IMG/VR virus record: IMGVR_UViG_3300045988_125866 | Reading direction: 5' to 3' (one strand) | Length of the DNA: 64,000 bases | Source: a virus | In this document: positions 1 through 8,919 of the stretch, piece after piece | How positions within the stretch are numbered: position 1 is the stretch's first letter | How the letters are laid out: every line of letters starts with the position of its first letter | Position numbers and translations under genes: made by a program | Notes under the pieces: model-generated | Database searches by the model: none | Told to the model about the DNA's origin: nothing | What the model saw: only the letters and a program-made list of their open reading frames with translations

Positions 1-1017
1 ACGTCTGATAAAGCCAAGCGACGCGTCCTCTGGGAACGGAAGCTCGTTGAGGTTAAAGATGAGGTACGGGATATTGTTGGCCTCAAGAACATTCCTGCCA
101 AGCTCTCGCATAGGGACAGGCTCTCCGCTCACAAGCCTCTTGAACATACCGGTGTTCTTCCTTCCGAACTTCCGCGGATCAGAGTCCGACGACCAGTTGA
201 AGATGGCGTTCCTTATCGGATATCTGCCCCTCATTCCTTCATCGCCCTCTGCGGTAAGGTCGGCATAATCCATCTTGCTTATCCTGTCCTTGCCAAAGAG
301 GTTGCAAGCCACATCGAAGATAACGCTCTTTCCGTTAGCTCCAGTACCTATAAGAAGCAGACACAGCTCTATCTTCGACGATTCCTTTCCCTCATACGGG
401 TTGTAAGCCGTTCCGCGCTGTATCAAACCTAAACCAAGGAACATCTGTAGTATCATCCTCGATGTCCTGTCAGGGAGCACCTCATGGATAAAGTTCATCC
501 ATCTGTCACACTTGGCCTTCGGATTGAAGTCGTAAGGATGATAGTAGGTCACATGGTAGTCAGGAGAAAACGGCATAACGGCAGGATTATTCTGCAAGCC
601 TCTACCGAAATCCACAACACCATTACTGAAAGCCACGATGTCAAAGGACGGATGAAGAATGTTGTAGCACTCTATGACGTCAATGAAAGACTTGTTCATT
701 ACAGTGCTGACGCCAATCATCGGACTTATGGCGAGGTCGAGGAGCAACAGCTGGTAGGTCTGCTCCAAGACAATCCTTGGAACCGACTCGTATATCTTGC
801 CATTGAAGATATAATAGCTGCCCTTGTAATACTTTACAGGAGCTTTCTTGGCAAGCTGACGCATAGACCTCACGAACTGAGACTTCAGGATATTGTAAGT
901 ATCCGAATTCACCCTGCCCCAAGAGGTAGAACGCAATGCGTCAAAACCAAACTCGCTTTGCCTCGTCAGGTCCAATAGCTGCGTGTGTAAAGTGTCTATA
1001 GCTAAACCATTTTCCAT
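1..1017 (-). CDS. D5/P4-family primase-helicase-like NTPase, first 339 codons; ORF continues beyond the left edge of the window
   Basis: Absent from the supplied ORF track because it has no stop inside the window. The reverse frame is open from ATG (1017-1015) to base 1; I checked every in-frame plus-strand triplet for tta/cta/tca. Translation MENGLAIDTLHTQLL...KIELCLLLIGTGANGKSVIFDVACNLFG carries the GxGxNGKS Walker A typical of phage/plasmid D5_N/P4-type NTPases. Confidence 0.75.
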   Translation of the reverse strand, partial: MENGLAIDTLHTQLLDLTRQSEFGFDALRSTSWGRVNSDTYNILKSQFVRSMRQLAKKAPVKYYKGSYYIFNGKIYESVPRIVLEQTYQLLLLDLAISPMIGVSTVMNKSFIDVIECYNILHPSFDIVAFSNGVVDFGRGLQNNPAVMPFSPDYHVTYYHPYDFNPKAKCDRWMNFIHEVLPDRTSRMILQMFLGLGLIQRGTAYNPYEGKESSKIELCLLLIGTGANGKSVIFDVACNLFGKDRISKMDYADLTAEGDEGMRGRYPIRNAIFNWSSDSDPRKFGRKNTGMFKRLVSGEPVPMRELGRNVLEANNIPYLIFNLNELPFPEDASLGFIRR

Positions 1018-2187
1018 CTGTGTATAATAATTTTTTAGTTTCTGCGTTATTTTAACATGAAAGAACCCCTGTAAACAAAGGAACTTCGGTGGATTACGCA
1101 CCACAAGTGGGCCTCACCTATATGCCCTATATAATAATAGGAATAATGCAAAAATAAGAAATAACTACATAATTATGCTAAAATACATTGTTTATGCGGT
1201 ATATTTATACATTATTAACATTCAAAAGGTGGAGGATAAATATACATTTTACACTTTCAATAACAAGGGTAAGGTCATAAAGTAAATTATCCTGACAAGA
1301 CGCAGACAAAGGTGTTTGAATAAATATGCAATACAGAAGAAAAGTAAATAAACTTGACAGATTAGGTTAAAAAAAAAGAAAAAATTTTTTGTGTGAGGTG
1401 ACTACGCCCCACGGCTGCGCTCCTATAGGGGGGGTGGGGTACTTTGGTAAAATATCATTACATATGTATTTGGTTTACTTTATATAAACCAAACCAAATT
1501 TTCGCATTTTTGTTTCATAAATGTTAATTTCTGTTAATTTACAATTTAGTCTTGTAACTCCCTTATTATCAACCACTTAACAGCTTATAATTATACACCA
1601 TTTGCATTTTTATTCATTCCGTGAAACAATGTATATTTAGAAATATAATTACAAACCTATTGATTTCACGTATCTTTACAATGTATATTTATGCAAGGCT
1701 TTAACCTTTGAAAGATATTTTAACGCAAAAATAATTTAACTTTACATTTATCGTTAATTATTGTATAAAAATTGTGACAATTTGGCAGTTGTAACGTATT
1801 GATATACAGGTAGTTAGGTTCTTTAACGTTTTATTTGCATTTATGTTAAATCCTTTAGCATATTGTGCCACACACAATTTGTAAGTATTTAATTTTCAGC
1901 AAGTTAGAAACGTGTCACCTTGTCACACCCGCATTTTTAAACACTATTTTACAAATACTGACAACATTTGGAATTATTGCAAAGTCTATAAGTAGCTATA
2001 TATCAACAACTTACAAAACGTTAAACGTATTTTTATACTATTTCCCAACTGGTCGCATGGCACGGCTTTTGCAATTATATAGGTATAAGGGGGACGCAAG
2101 ACCGCACACAACGTGCAGCACGTCCATCACTATTTTTCAACACTTAATGCAGGCGCACCCGCTCTTGTGAGGGAGGTGCAAAACAAC
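1018..2187. promoter_or_regulatory. AT-rich ORF-free control region between the divergent primase-helicase gene and the early operon; candidate origin and early promoters
   Basis: No credible ORF. Strongly AT-rich with one GC island (1391-1440, stem ccccac 1407-1412 / gtgggg 1434-1439). Repeated words: TTYGCATTT (1501, 1601, 1834) and CAATGTATATTTA (1627-1639, 1679-1696, third copy 62746-62763). The origin role is inferred only from adjacency to the replicative helicase gene. Confidence 0.35.
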
Positions 2188-2694
2188 ATGACAAACAACA
2201 TGACAAACAACAAGTCGAACGTATCTGCATACGTTGCAGAATGTAAGGAAAACGCTACAATTGTAGCGAGTCTTGAGGTATTGAACGACTACAGAAAGGC
2301 GTTACTATCAGAGTGCACAAACAAAGAAGTCGTTGCAGCACGTAAGGAGATGGAAGAAGCACGCAGCAAGTACAACAAGTTGTCAACCGCTTACGTGTTG
2401 GGAGATGAAAGCTACTGCAACCTGCAAACCGAGTGCGTACGTGCAGCCGTTAGCGAGTTCAGCCACACGCACAACGTGCCACGCTTCTTCCAGTGGTTCA
2501 ACGACAACGGAAAAGACGAGCAAACAAGCATTATAGACTCCGTACAGCGTTTGGGTTCAAAACTCGCTTCTTTGCACACTTCCTTTGCGAGCGGTTCAAA
2601 GGTTGCACGCAAACAGAAAGCAAAGGAAGAAGACCTAACGGAACGTATTGCCCAACTGCAAGCCGAACTCGCAGCCTTAAGAGGCGAGAAGTAA
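2188..2694 (+). CDS. hypothetical early protein with C-terminal coiled coil
   Basis: In frame with track ORF 2113-2694. Start moved to the first ATG of the tandem acaacATGacaa duplication (MTNNMTNNKSN...). C-terminus KQKAKEEDLTERIAQLQAELAALRGEK. Followed by a strong terminator hairpin. Confidence 0.6.
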   Translation: MTNNMTNNKSNVSAYVAECKENATIVASLEVLNDYRKALLSECTNKEVVAARKEMEEARSKYNKLSTAYVLGDESYCNLQTECVRAAVSEFSHTHNVPRFFQWFNDNGKDEQTSIIDSVQRLGSKLASLHTSFASGSKVARKQKAKEEDLTERIAQLQAELAALRGEK

Positions 2695-2697
2695 CAA

Positions 2698-2720
2698 GAT
2701 AGGGCGAAAGCCCTATCTTT
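2698..2720 (+). terminator. intrinsic terminator-like hairpin
   Basis: gatagggc-gaaa-gccctatc (8-bp stem, GNRA-like loop) followed by ttt, starting 4 nt after the stop at 2694. Confidence 0.6.
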
Positions 2721-3573
2721 ACACCCACTATCTTTGCCCACGGTGGACACAATAAAGCCACCGTGGGATATTATACACCAAATCCGGAGATTTGGCGCGG
2801 GCTGTCATGCCCTTATTTTTCCCACACTTTTTGGTAAACCTTGTCGTGGTGTGTGGGCTTAACTTTAGAGAGAGAATTTATTCTCCCTCAGGGGACTAAT
2901 TGCCAAAAATCCAAGACGAAAACGTTCTCCAGAAGTAGCGAGCGGGCTATATCACAGCGAGAGCGGCGGGCGAGAAACCCTGTCAGTCTAAAACAACGCT
3001 GAGACATGGCGGTCGGCACAGGGCGTTATCGCAACGACCCAAGCGAGCTAAACACTCTCCTCCCTTTGATGGGGTTCGGTCACGACAACCGACGGAGAGC
3101 AGGAGCGAGCGGAAGCAAGAACGAAGTCTCAGGGCGGCAGATGGCGGCGTAAACAAACAAAATCATAATTCATATTCTATCGTCTGGCACACGTGGACGA
3201 GTTCCTAAAGTGCTGCGCACATTCATTACAGGGCGCGGGTGGTACAAATCTGTAATCGTGAGTAGTTATCGTTTATCTCACGTGAGGTATATCCAAAAGG
3301 TCTACGATACGTAAGTAGTTGTACGTATAGCTATATCGCTACACAAGTAGCGGACGTGTGGGAATTATTCCCATGAAAACGTGCGGAGAACGCTGAGGGG
3401 TTATCCGCTGGTGTCTTTCGAGATGCCGACAAGTCCTCAGAGGGTGACGAAGCGACACAATACGGTGTCGTGGGTGACAAGCGTGCACAATGAAAGTGTA
3501 TCATCCTGGCAATGGCTGCGCATGGAGAGATCCGTGCGTGGCTCCTATTACGAACCATTTAAAAATTAGAATT
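2721..3573 (+). ncRNA. candidate structured non-coding region (about 850 nt, GC- and purine-rich core), function unknown
   Basis: Only short overlapping ORFs with implausible composition. Many helices: 2737-2767 (10 bp), 2821-2857 (7 bp), 3225-3256, 3257-3282, 3360-3372, 3453-3470. The purine-rich, GC-rich core 2930-3150 contrasts with the AT-rich coding DNA around it. Confidence 0.3.
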
Positions 3574-3759
3574 ATGAAAGAACAGATTTTGAAGAAGATT
3601 GGAAAGACGCTTGTGCGTATTAATGTAACAGATCAGAGTGCAGAGGATGCCTACGATGAACTCGTTAGCAGCAGTCCTCGCCTGTTTGGTATGCTTTCCA
3701 GTATCTACAGACTGAATGATGAAGAAGAAAGATTCGCTTGGTCTGCCGGAATTCAGTAG
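3574..3759 (+). CDS. hypothetical early protein (61 aa)
   Basis: In frame with track ORF 3490-3759. ATG directly preceded by an exact ATTAGAATT junction motif. Confidence 0.65.
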   Translation: MKEQILKKIGKTLVRINVTDQSAEDAYDELVSSSPRLFGMLSSIYRLNDEEERFAWSAGIQ

Positions 3760-3809
3760 CCTAATCTCCCTACGCTTGTAGGGAACAATAACCATAAAAT
3801 TTTAGAGTT

Positions 3810-3944
3810 ATGAGTACAATGAGAATAAAGTGCCTCTCCATGCGAGAGGTCGAGAGTGTCATTGCGGATGCTCAGGAGATTTTGAGTCATGTTGAATTCG
3901 GGTCGCTGAAGAATGGTGTGCTTACATTATTCTGTGTGGCTTGA
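3810..3944 (+). CDS. hypothetical small protein (44 aa), not in ORF track
   Basis: ATG preceded by AACCATAAAATTTTAGAGTT (junction-motif variant). MSTMRIKCLSMREVESVIADAQEILSHVEFGSLKNGVLTLFCVA. Stop followed by GCCTAAAA plus hairpin ccgtagc...gctacgg. Confidence 0.5.
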   Translation: MSTMRIKCLSMREVESVIADAQEILSHVEFGSLKNGVLTLFCVA

Positions 3945-3961
3945 GCCTAAAAATCCGTAGC

Positions 3962-4332
3962 CAGTACGATAATTGTCGTGCGTGTGCTACGGAACAATCA
4001 CTAACAAATTTTAGAATTATGACAGCAAGACAGATTATTTATTCAAGTACGATAATTCTGCTTGGATTTTTTCAGGCGCTTCCTGCGCTGTTGTGTTTGG
4101 CAAGTACGAATATTCCTGTAATTCTGCTTGGAATTATTTGGGGCGTTCTGCTTGGTAAGTTCTGGAGCAGTACGACAATTGGCAAGTGGTATTTCCGCGA
4201 GCTTTGGCGTGCTACGCTCCGCTTGGAGAATCTCATGTTCCCTGAGGTGTGAGAGAGTTGGCAAGTACGAAAATTCTGCTTGGAAACATTCGGCTAAATT
4301 CTGCTTGGAGAAATTCAGGCAGTACGATAATT
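3962..4332 (+). repeat. cluster of about 8 copies of the word GCAGTACGATAATT(CTGCTTGG); extra copies at 4576-4591 and 5793-5808
   Basis: Copies read directly at 3962-3974, 4045-4065, 4099-4131 (with insertion), 4146-4155 (half), 4167-4180, 4260-4283, 4296-4308 (half) and 4318-4332. Irregular spacing of 56-95 nt. Copies lie both inside and outside ORF 4019-4252. Confidence 0.8.
4019..4252 (+). CDS. possible small membrane protein (77 aa); coding status uncertain because it is largely built from the DNA repeat
   Basis: ATG preceded by exact TTTTAGAATT. Hydrophobic product MTARQIIYSSTIILLGFFQALPALLCLASTNIPVILLG.... However, the STIILLG-like peptide repeats are translations of the AGTACGATAATTCTGCTTGG DNA repeat, which continues past the stop. 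Confidence 0.4.
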   Translation: MTARQIIYSSTIILLGFFQALPALLCLASTNIPVILLGIIWGVLLGKFWSSTTIGKWYFRELWRATLRLENLMFPEV

Positions 4333-4349
4333 GACCAAGTTACAGAATT

Positions 4350-4544
4350 ATGAGAAAGACAGAATTAAAGAAAGTCAAGCGAGGAGAGTTCTTCCGCTTG
4401 GCGAATTCAGAGAGCGCTCCTGTATGGGTGCGTGACGGATACAACAGAAGTAGCCGCAAATACGATGGTTACAAATATGATGACGTGTGTCACTGGAGGG
4501 AGTTCAGCGGCACACGTATTGTTTACGTGGATTTCTGCTTTTGA
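4350..4544 (+). CDS. hypothetical early protein (64 aa)
   Basis: ORF track. ATG preceded by CCAAGTTACAGAATT junction variant. Confidence 0.65.
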   Translation: MRKTELKKVKRGEFFRLANSESAPVWVRDGYNRSSRKYDGYKYDDVCHWREFSGTRIVYVDFCF

Positions 4545-4615
4545 AATCCTACAGCCTAAATGCTGCCTGTTCCGTGGGCAGTACGATAATTATGAACCAT
4601 TAAAATATTAGAATT

Positions 4616-4870
4616 ATGAAAAAGAAATTTCCATCATTGTTTTTCTGTGCGATATCTATTATCTGCGCCTACTTTATTGTAGCCATGACTCCAATCTATG
4701 TATCTGACGTACGTAATTTGTACGGATATCTTACATTTATTGATATAGATTGGGAATTGACAGCATGGAATACCCTGTTATTCTCGTTTACAACATTTAT
4801 CATGTTGGCATGCGCTATGGATGCAGTAATATGCGCATGTCTCGCATACAAGAATTGGGACAATGATTAG
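4616..4870 (+). CDS. small membrane protein (84 aa, 2-3 TM)
   Basis: ORF track. Exact TTAGAATTATG start context. Hydrophobic segments. Stop followed by GAGCCAAA plus hairpin. Confidence 0.7.
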   Translation: MKKKFPSLFFCAISIICAYFIVAMTPIYVSDVRNLYGYLTFIDIDWELTAWNTLLFSFTTFIMLACAMDAVICACLAYKNWDND

Positions 4871-4929
4871 TGAGCCAAATCTGAGAGGAGTTTTCGCTCC
4901 TCTCTTCTATTAACCAAAAAATTAAGAAT

Positions 4930-5268
4930 ATGTACAAGACAATAACAAAGGAATTAAGCAAGTGTGAGTTAATTGATATCATGATGGGCATGGCCTGCGA
5001 GGAAGATATGTGTACACACACATCTATCCAGAGAGTTCTATGTCCTATACAGGCGTGCGATGAGTTCGGTGGCGATCCTGAGGATTCTCGTCTTCTGCTG
5101 CCGGGAACATACATGGCAGTATATCATGGCGAGGTGGAGGATGAACCGTTTCCTATGTTTGCAAAGAAATGCGCCCACATCATTACAGATGAGGACAAAT
5201 GTCAGATGCTCATGAACGGAGACGGCTGTATTCTGATTTTCCTGCTGAACAAATACGAGCAGCATTAG
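4930..5268 (+). CDS. hypothetical early protein (112 aa, Cys-rich)
   Basis: ORF track. TATTAACCAAAAAATTAAGAAT-ATG context. Stop embedded in TAGCCAAAA followed by a hairpin. Confidence 0.7.
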   Translation: MYKTITKELSKCELIDIMMGMACEEDMCTHTSIQRVLCPIQACDEFGGDPEDSRLLLPGTYMAVYHGEVEDEPFPMFAKKCAHIITDEDKCQMLMNGDGCILIFLLNKYEQH

Positions 5269-5328
5269 CCAAAATGTGCTCAGGCATTTCCCTGGGCATA
5301 CTATGTAAAACCAATTTAATTTAGAATT

Positions 5329-5505
5329 ATGCAAGACAGGAAATCACAGAAGAATTTTGAGCGTGCCCTTATGCACGAGATGGAAAAGATCAAGATTGCA
5401 GCACGTCAGTGGTACAGCAACAACGCGAAGGGCTACAGGGATTATCGTAGCCGTGAGTCTATCTCAAAGAGTTTCAACGAGATAGCCATTTTGTGTATGA
5501 GCTAA
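5329..5505 (+). CDS. hypothetical small basic protein (58 aa), not in ORF track
   Basis: Exact TTAGAATTATG at 5321-5331. MQDRKSQKNFERALMHEMEKIKIAARQWYSNNAKGYRDYRSRESISKSFNEIAILCMS. 59 codons checked by hand. Confidence 0.6.
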   Translation: MQDRKSQKNFERALMHEMEKIKIAARQWYSNNAKGYRDYRSRESISKSFNEIAILCMS

Positions 5506-5556
5506 AAATGTGCGTGGCGGTTGTCACGCATACAATTCACCAAAAAATGTAGAATT

Positions 5557-5784
5557 ATGAAACGGAAGAAAAAACTAACGGGCTACGTTCTTGTAGATCC
5601 GTTCGATGGTGCAATCTTATGTCAGTATCCAGTAGGACCGTGTTTTGACAGAGATTGCATTTCTGCGAAGATGGAGGCTATTCATGACGCAGAAGAAAAA
5701 AGGATAAAGGGTTGTTGTATGGAGGTTTACGGATGTATTAATAATACGTATTCTGACGGAACAAGAATTTATCCGCACGATTAG
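5557..5784 (+). CDS. hypothetical Cys-rich early protein (75 aa)
   Basis: In frame with track ORF 5521-5784. Start moved to the ATG after CACCAAAAAATGTAGAATT. Stop in TAGCCAGAA followed by a hairpin carrying GCAGTACGATAATT. Confidence 0.65.
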   Translation: MKRKKKLTGYVLVDPFDGAILCQYPVGPCFDRDCISAKMEAIHDAEEKRIKGCCMEVYGCINNTYSDGTRIYPHD

Positions 5785-5843
5785 CCAGAACTGGGCAGTA
5801 CGATAATTGTGCTGCCTGCTATTAACCAAAACATATTAGAATT

Positions 5844-5990
5844 ATGGAAACAGTAAGAGTAACCGACAGACACGGAATAGAGCGAGAGTGGGATATAGTC
5901 ACAGAGAGATGTGTAGGATGCTGCTTTCACGGATTGATGGATAGCAAGATTCATTGCTGCCCTCATAATATTGCGTGCGGTTACAAGTAG
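5844..5990 (+). CDS. hypothetical Cys-rich microprotein (48 aa), not in ORF track
   Basis: Exact TTAGAATTATG. METVRVTDRHGIEREWDIVTERCVGCCFHGLMDSKIHCCPHNIACGYK (7 Cys/His-rich, zinc-ribbon-like). Stop in TAGTCAAAA plus hairpin. Confidence 0.55.
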   Translation: METVRVTDRHGIEREWDIVTERCVGCCFHGLMDSKIHCCPHNIACGYK

Positions 5991-6050
5991 TCAAAACGGC
6001 GGGGCACGTCCTGTGTCCTGCTTCTATTATTAACCAAATACATTAGAATT

Positions 6051-6218
6051 ATGACACAAGCAGATGTTAATTTTCTACAGGCACTTGTAGAGTCTCACGA
6101 GCAAGTTATTGCAGCAGACTGCAAGAGACGTAAATTAAGCAGAGAAGTTTATAACAGGCGTGTATCTAAGAGCGAGAAGAGAGCGAATAAGATACTTCGT
6201 GAGATGATGTGTCGCTAA
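6051..6218 (+). CDS. hypothetical small basic protein (55 aa), not in ORF track
   Basis: Exact TTAGAATTATG at 6043-6053. MTQADVNFLQALVESHEQVIAADCKRRKLSREVYNRRVSKSEKRANKILREMMCR. Confidence 0.55.
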   Translation: MTQADVNFLQALVESHEQVIAADCKRRKLSREVYNRRVSKSEKRANKILREMMCR

Positions 6219-6270
6219 ACAGGGTAGAGCTATTGTTCTACCTACATAATAACCAATTAACGAAAGAATT

Positions 6271-6489
6271 ATGGAGAAAATGACACAGAAAGAGTTGAAG
6301 AGACTCGTTAAAGTAGGAGCTGCCAAGGATATAACAAACAGTTCAAGTCGCGCAGCCATACCTGAAGGATATAGTCAGGTAGGCTATTCTGCCGGCGTGT
6401 ACGGATGCAACGGAATGTTATTTCGTGGTGATAGCGGAAAGCTGTATGCTATTTGTGCAAGAACTACGGCTATCTACATTTTTGGCTAA
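6271..6489 (+). CDS. hypothetical early protein (72 aa)
   Basis: ORF track. AATAACCAATTAACGAAAGAATT-ATG context. Stop followed by hairpin 6495-6521. Confidence 0.65.
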   Translation: MEKMTQKELKRLVKVGAAKDITNSSSRAAIPEGYSQVGYSAGVYGCNGMLFRGDSGKLYAICARTTAIYIFG

Positions 6490-6549
6490 AATTACAGGCA
6501 AGTGTATGGTTCGCTTGCCTGTTTCTATTATCAACCAAAATATAGAAAT

Positions 6550-7011
6550 ATGAATATACAGAAAGTATGGGATGCGTTTATCAAGGAAAATGATAACACA
6601 TCATTCGTTGAGATGGCAAATGCTGTAGTAGAGCAACTTGGTGGTGTTGATGAGGACACAATACTGAACTCGCTCGACAGTTGCAGAAATGCAGATGACG
6701 GATACACCGGGTTTTGTTATTTTTCAGAGACCAGCAAGTTTTGGAACGAGAACAAGAGCGCCATCATTGAGAATATGCACGAGCTTGCCGATGATTTGGG
6801 CGAAGACCTGATTACTATGATTAAGGGATTCAACAATTTTAAGGACGACGAGGATATTACCTACGATGCTATCGGCAAGGCTCTGTATGCTCCTTTTGAT
6901 GAGAACGAGAGCAGATATATCTACGACACATTCGCCAAGTACGCGCTGGAAGAGGTTGCAAACAGATTCCAGGACTGGTGGTACGATCAGGACGAAAGCG
7001 ACTACGAGTAG
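6550..7011 (+). CDS. hypothetical acidic early protein (153 aa)
   Basis: In frame with track ORF 6502-7011. Start moved to the ATG after TCAACCAAAATATAGAAAT. Strongly acidic (many D/E). Stop in TAGCCAAATC plus hairpin 7021-7040. Confidence 0.7.
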   Translation: MNIQKVWDAFIKENDNTSFVEMANAVVEQLGGVDEDTILNSLDSCRNADDGYTGFCYFSETSKFWNENKSAIIENMHELADDLGEDLITMIKGFNNFKDDEDITYDAIGKALYAPFDENESRYIYDTFAKYALEEVANRFQDWWYDQDESDYE

Positions 7012-7069
7012 CCAAATCAATCCCCACATCATCGTGGGGAACAATTATGAACCAATAAACAGAAGAATT

Positions 7070-7603
7070 ATGGAAAAGAATATTGTAGAAGTTGTTATGA
7101 ACAACAAAGGTGAGGTAATTGAGAAAGTTGCCGATTATATTGGTGTGGTAAGTTTCGCCAATACTATCGAAAATCTTTATCGTGAATGTCTGGATAATTA
7201 CGACAACGCAGAGGATATTGAAGAATACCTTGCTGATTGCTGTGGTAAAAATATTCAGAAACTTGCATGGGAGTTTACACTTAAAGCAAATAGAGAGATG
7301 AAGAAATATCTCCATCTGCCTTCTCAGCGAATGCAAGGTAATTTTGCCGATTTACGCATGGACTATCCCAATCACAGAACAGGTACTTTCTGGGTATCTA
7401 AGTACGAAGGATCGGTTGCGGAGTATTTAAACCTGTATCCTGATATGGTTGCTCGTTTGGATGCCGCAGAGGATAGCGAGCAGGCTGACGAGGATAGAGC
7501 GTATCTTGAAGAGTGGTATTTCGAAGCTTTCGGCACGTTTGGGATTACATACAATTTCAGCAACGACCTTGCAGAGATTGTCTACAACCTTGAACGGGAA
7601 TAA
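7070..7603 (+). CDS. hypothetical acidic early protein (177 aa)
   Basis: In frame with track ORF 6866-7603. Start moved to the ATG after GAACCAATAAACAGAAGAATT. Confidence 0.7.
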   Translation: MEKNIVEVVMNNKGEVIEKVADYIGVVSFANTIENLYRECLDNYDNAEDIEEYLADCCGKNIQKLAWEFTLKANREMKKYLHLPSQRMQGNFADLRMDYPNHRTGTFWVSKYEGSVAEYLNLYPDMVARLDAAEDSEQADEDRAYLEEWYFEAFGTFGITYNFSNDLAEIVYNLERE

Positions 7604-7669
7604 TGTGTAACAGCCTAACAATGCGTGGTTAATTCCACGCATACATTACGAACCAATAAAATCATAATT

Positions 7670-8491
7670 ATGAGCTACGAATTTGAAAAGAAGGAAATCG
7701 GTGATTACAGAATCACGGTTTTCCAGGATGAGGATGCCGGATGCCCTTGTACCGACTGGGATTTGGCTGGAGTTTACTTCTGGGATTATCCAAACTACGG
7801 ATACAACAGAAGACTGTCTTCTTATTGCAGCAGCGAAATTGGCGCTGAGAATGCAGAGGATGCTTTAAAACGGCTCGTCTGTAAATATGTGTCACAAAAG
7901 AAGATTATCGACTACATCAATAGCGAAAATGTCGAAAACTTCCGTATGCGCTACGACAAGGCTGACCACATGTGGTATCTTGAAAATCTGTACGACGGAA
8001 AGTGGTACGAGCACGATCGTTTCTCTCCATACGATGTAAAGAACGAGCGCTGTACCGATGATCTTTGTGATATCCTCGAAGAGGGCGATTTTACGTATCT
8101 TCTGCAAGACTGCAAGGATATTGCGTTCTACGAGTGGTCTTCCAGAGGATATTGTCAGGGAGACTATGTAAGCGGATATGCCTACTGTGACAAAGAACGC
8201 TTCAAGGAGATGGTAGACACGAATACCAAAAACTGGAGAAAACGAGCCTTGGACTTATTCGAAGGAGAGGTCAAAGATATCGGTATGTGGATGTGGGGTG
8301 ATGTCAAGGGATTCGTCTTGGAGAAGAAAGTCCACTACAAGAAAGTCTTCACGGAAATAGGTCGTGAGCCGGAGGACGACTACGTCTGGGAGCAGATTGA
8401 TTCATGCTGGGGAGAGTACTACGAAGATGCTGATGACCTCATCGAAGATGTTATCAAGGAATACGGCTTACAGCCGAAAGATGCAGCCTAA
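7670..8491 (+). CDS. hypothetical early protein (273 aa)
   Basis: In frame with track ORF 7625-8491. Start moved to the ATG after GAACCAATAAAATCATAATT. Preceded by hairpin 7623-7640. Confidence 0.7.
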   Translation: MSYEFEKKEIGDYRITVFQDEDAGCPCTDWDLAGVYFWDYPNYGYNRRLSSYCSSEIGAENAEDALKRLVCKYVSQKKIIDYINSENVENFRMRYDKADHMWYLENLYDGKWYEHDRFSPYDVKNERCTDDLCDILEEGDFTYLLQDCKDIAFYEWSSRGYCQGDYVSGYAYCDKERFKEMVDTNTKNWRKRALDLFEGEVKDIGMWMWGDVKGFVLEKKVHYKKVFTEIGREPEDDYVWEQIDSCWGEYYEDADDLIEDVIKEYGLQPKDAA

Positions 8492-8541
8492 CCAAGGGGA
8501 GCTTGCACGCTCCTCTTCTATCAACCAAATTACAAAGAATT

Positions 8542-8868
8542 ATGAAAGCAAGACTTTATCATGACACAAGGAAGAAATCTCGTGATTGTGTGGATGCGTG
8601 GAGTATATATTTCCCGTACCCCAAACGCATGAGAGAGCAGAAACAGACGTATGGCACATTTCTCGGATGTACGCCTACAGAAGACGGAATGATACGTTGT
8701 ACGTGGGATTTTGATGAGTTTGGAATGCGTTCTTACCTCGGAAAGAGGGTAGATATATCGACTACACCAGTTGCCTTTCAGAAAATATTTTATCATCTTG
8801 AAAAGCTATGGAACGATGTTATTACTCTCCATACAGAAGAAGCGGAGGAAGCCTGGCTTAATGCCTAA
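8542..8868 (+). CDS. hypothetical early protein (108 aa)
   Basis: In frame with track ORF 8503-8868. Start moved to the ATG after TCAACCAAATTACAAAGAATT. Confidence 0.65.
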   Translation: MKARLYHDTRKKSRDCVDAWSIYFPYPKRMREQKQTYGTFLGCTPTEDGMIRCTWDFDEFGMRSYLGKRVDISTTPVAFQKIFYHLEKLWNDVITLHTEEAEEAWLNA

Positions 8869-8919
8869 AACGGAGGGAGCAATCCCTCTGACATTATTAA
8901 CCAATAAATTATTAAGAAT

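Noticed and set aside
47-978. Track ORFs 47-268(+), 484-978(+) and 680-922(-) at the left edge
   Set aside because: They are shadow or alternative-frame ORFs of the real minus-strand primase-helicase gene (1-1017). That gene has a clean Walker-A-containing translation and no in-frame stop.
3962-4332. CRISPR array
   Set aside because: Repeat spacing is irregular (56-95 nt), the copies are degenerate and partly half-sites, and no cas genes are present. The 27-bp array at 39711-40034 has no spacers at all.
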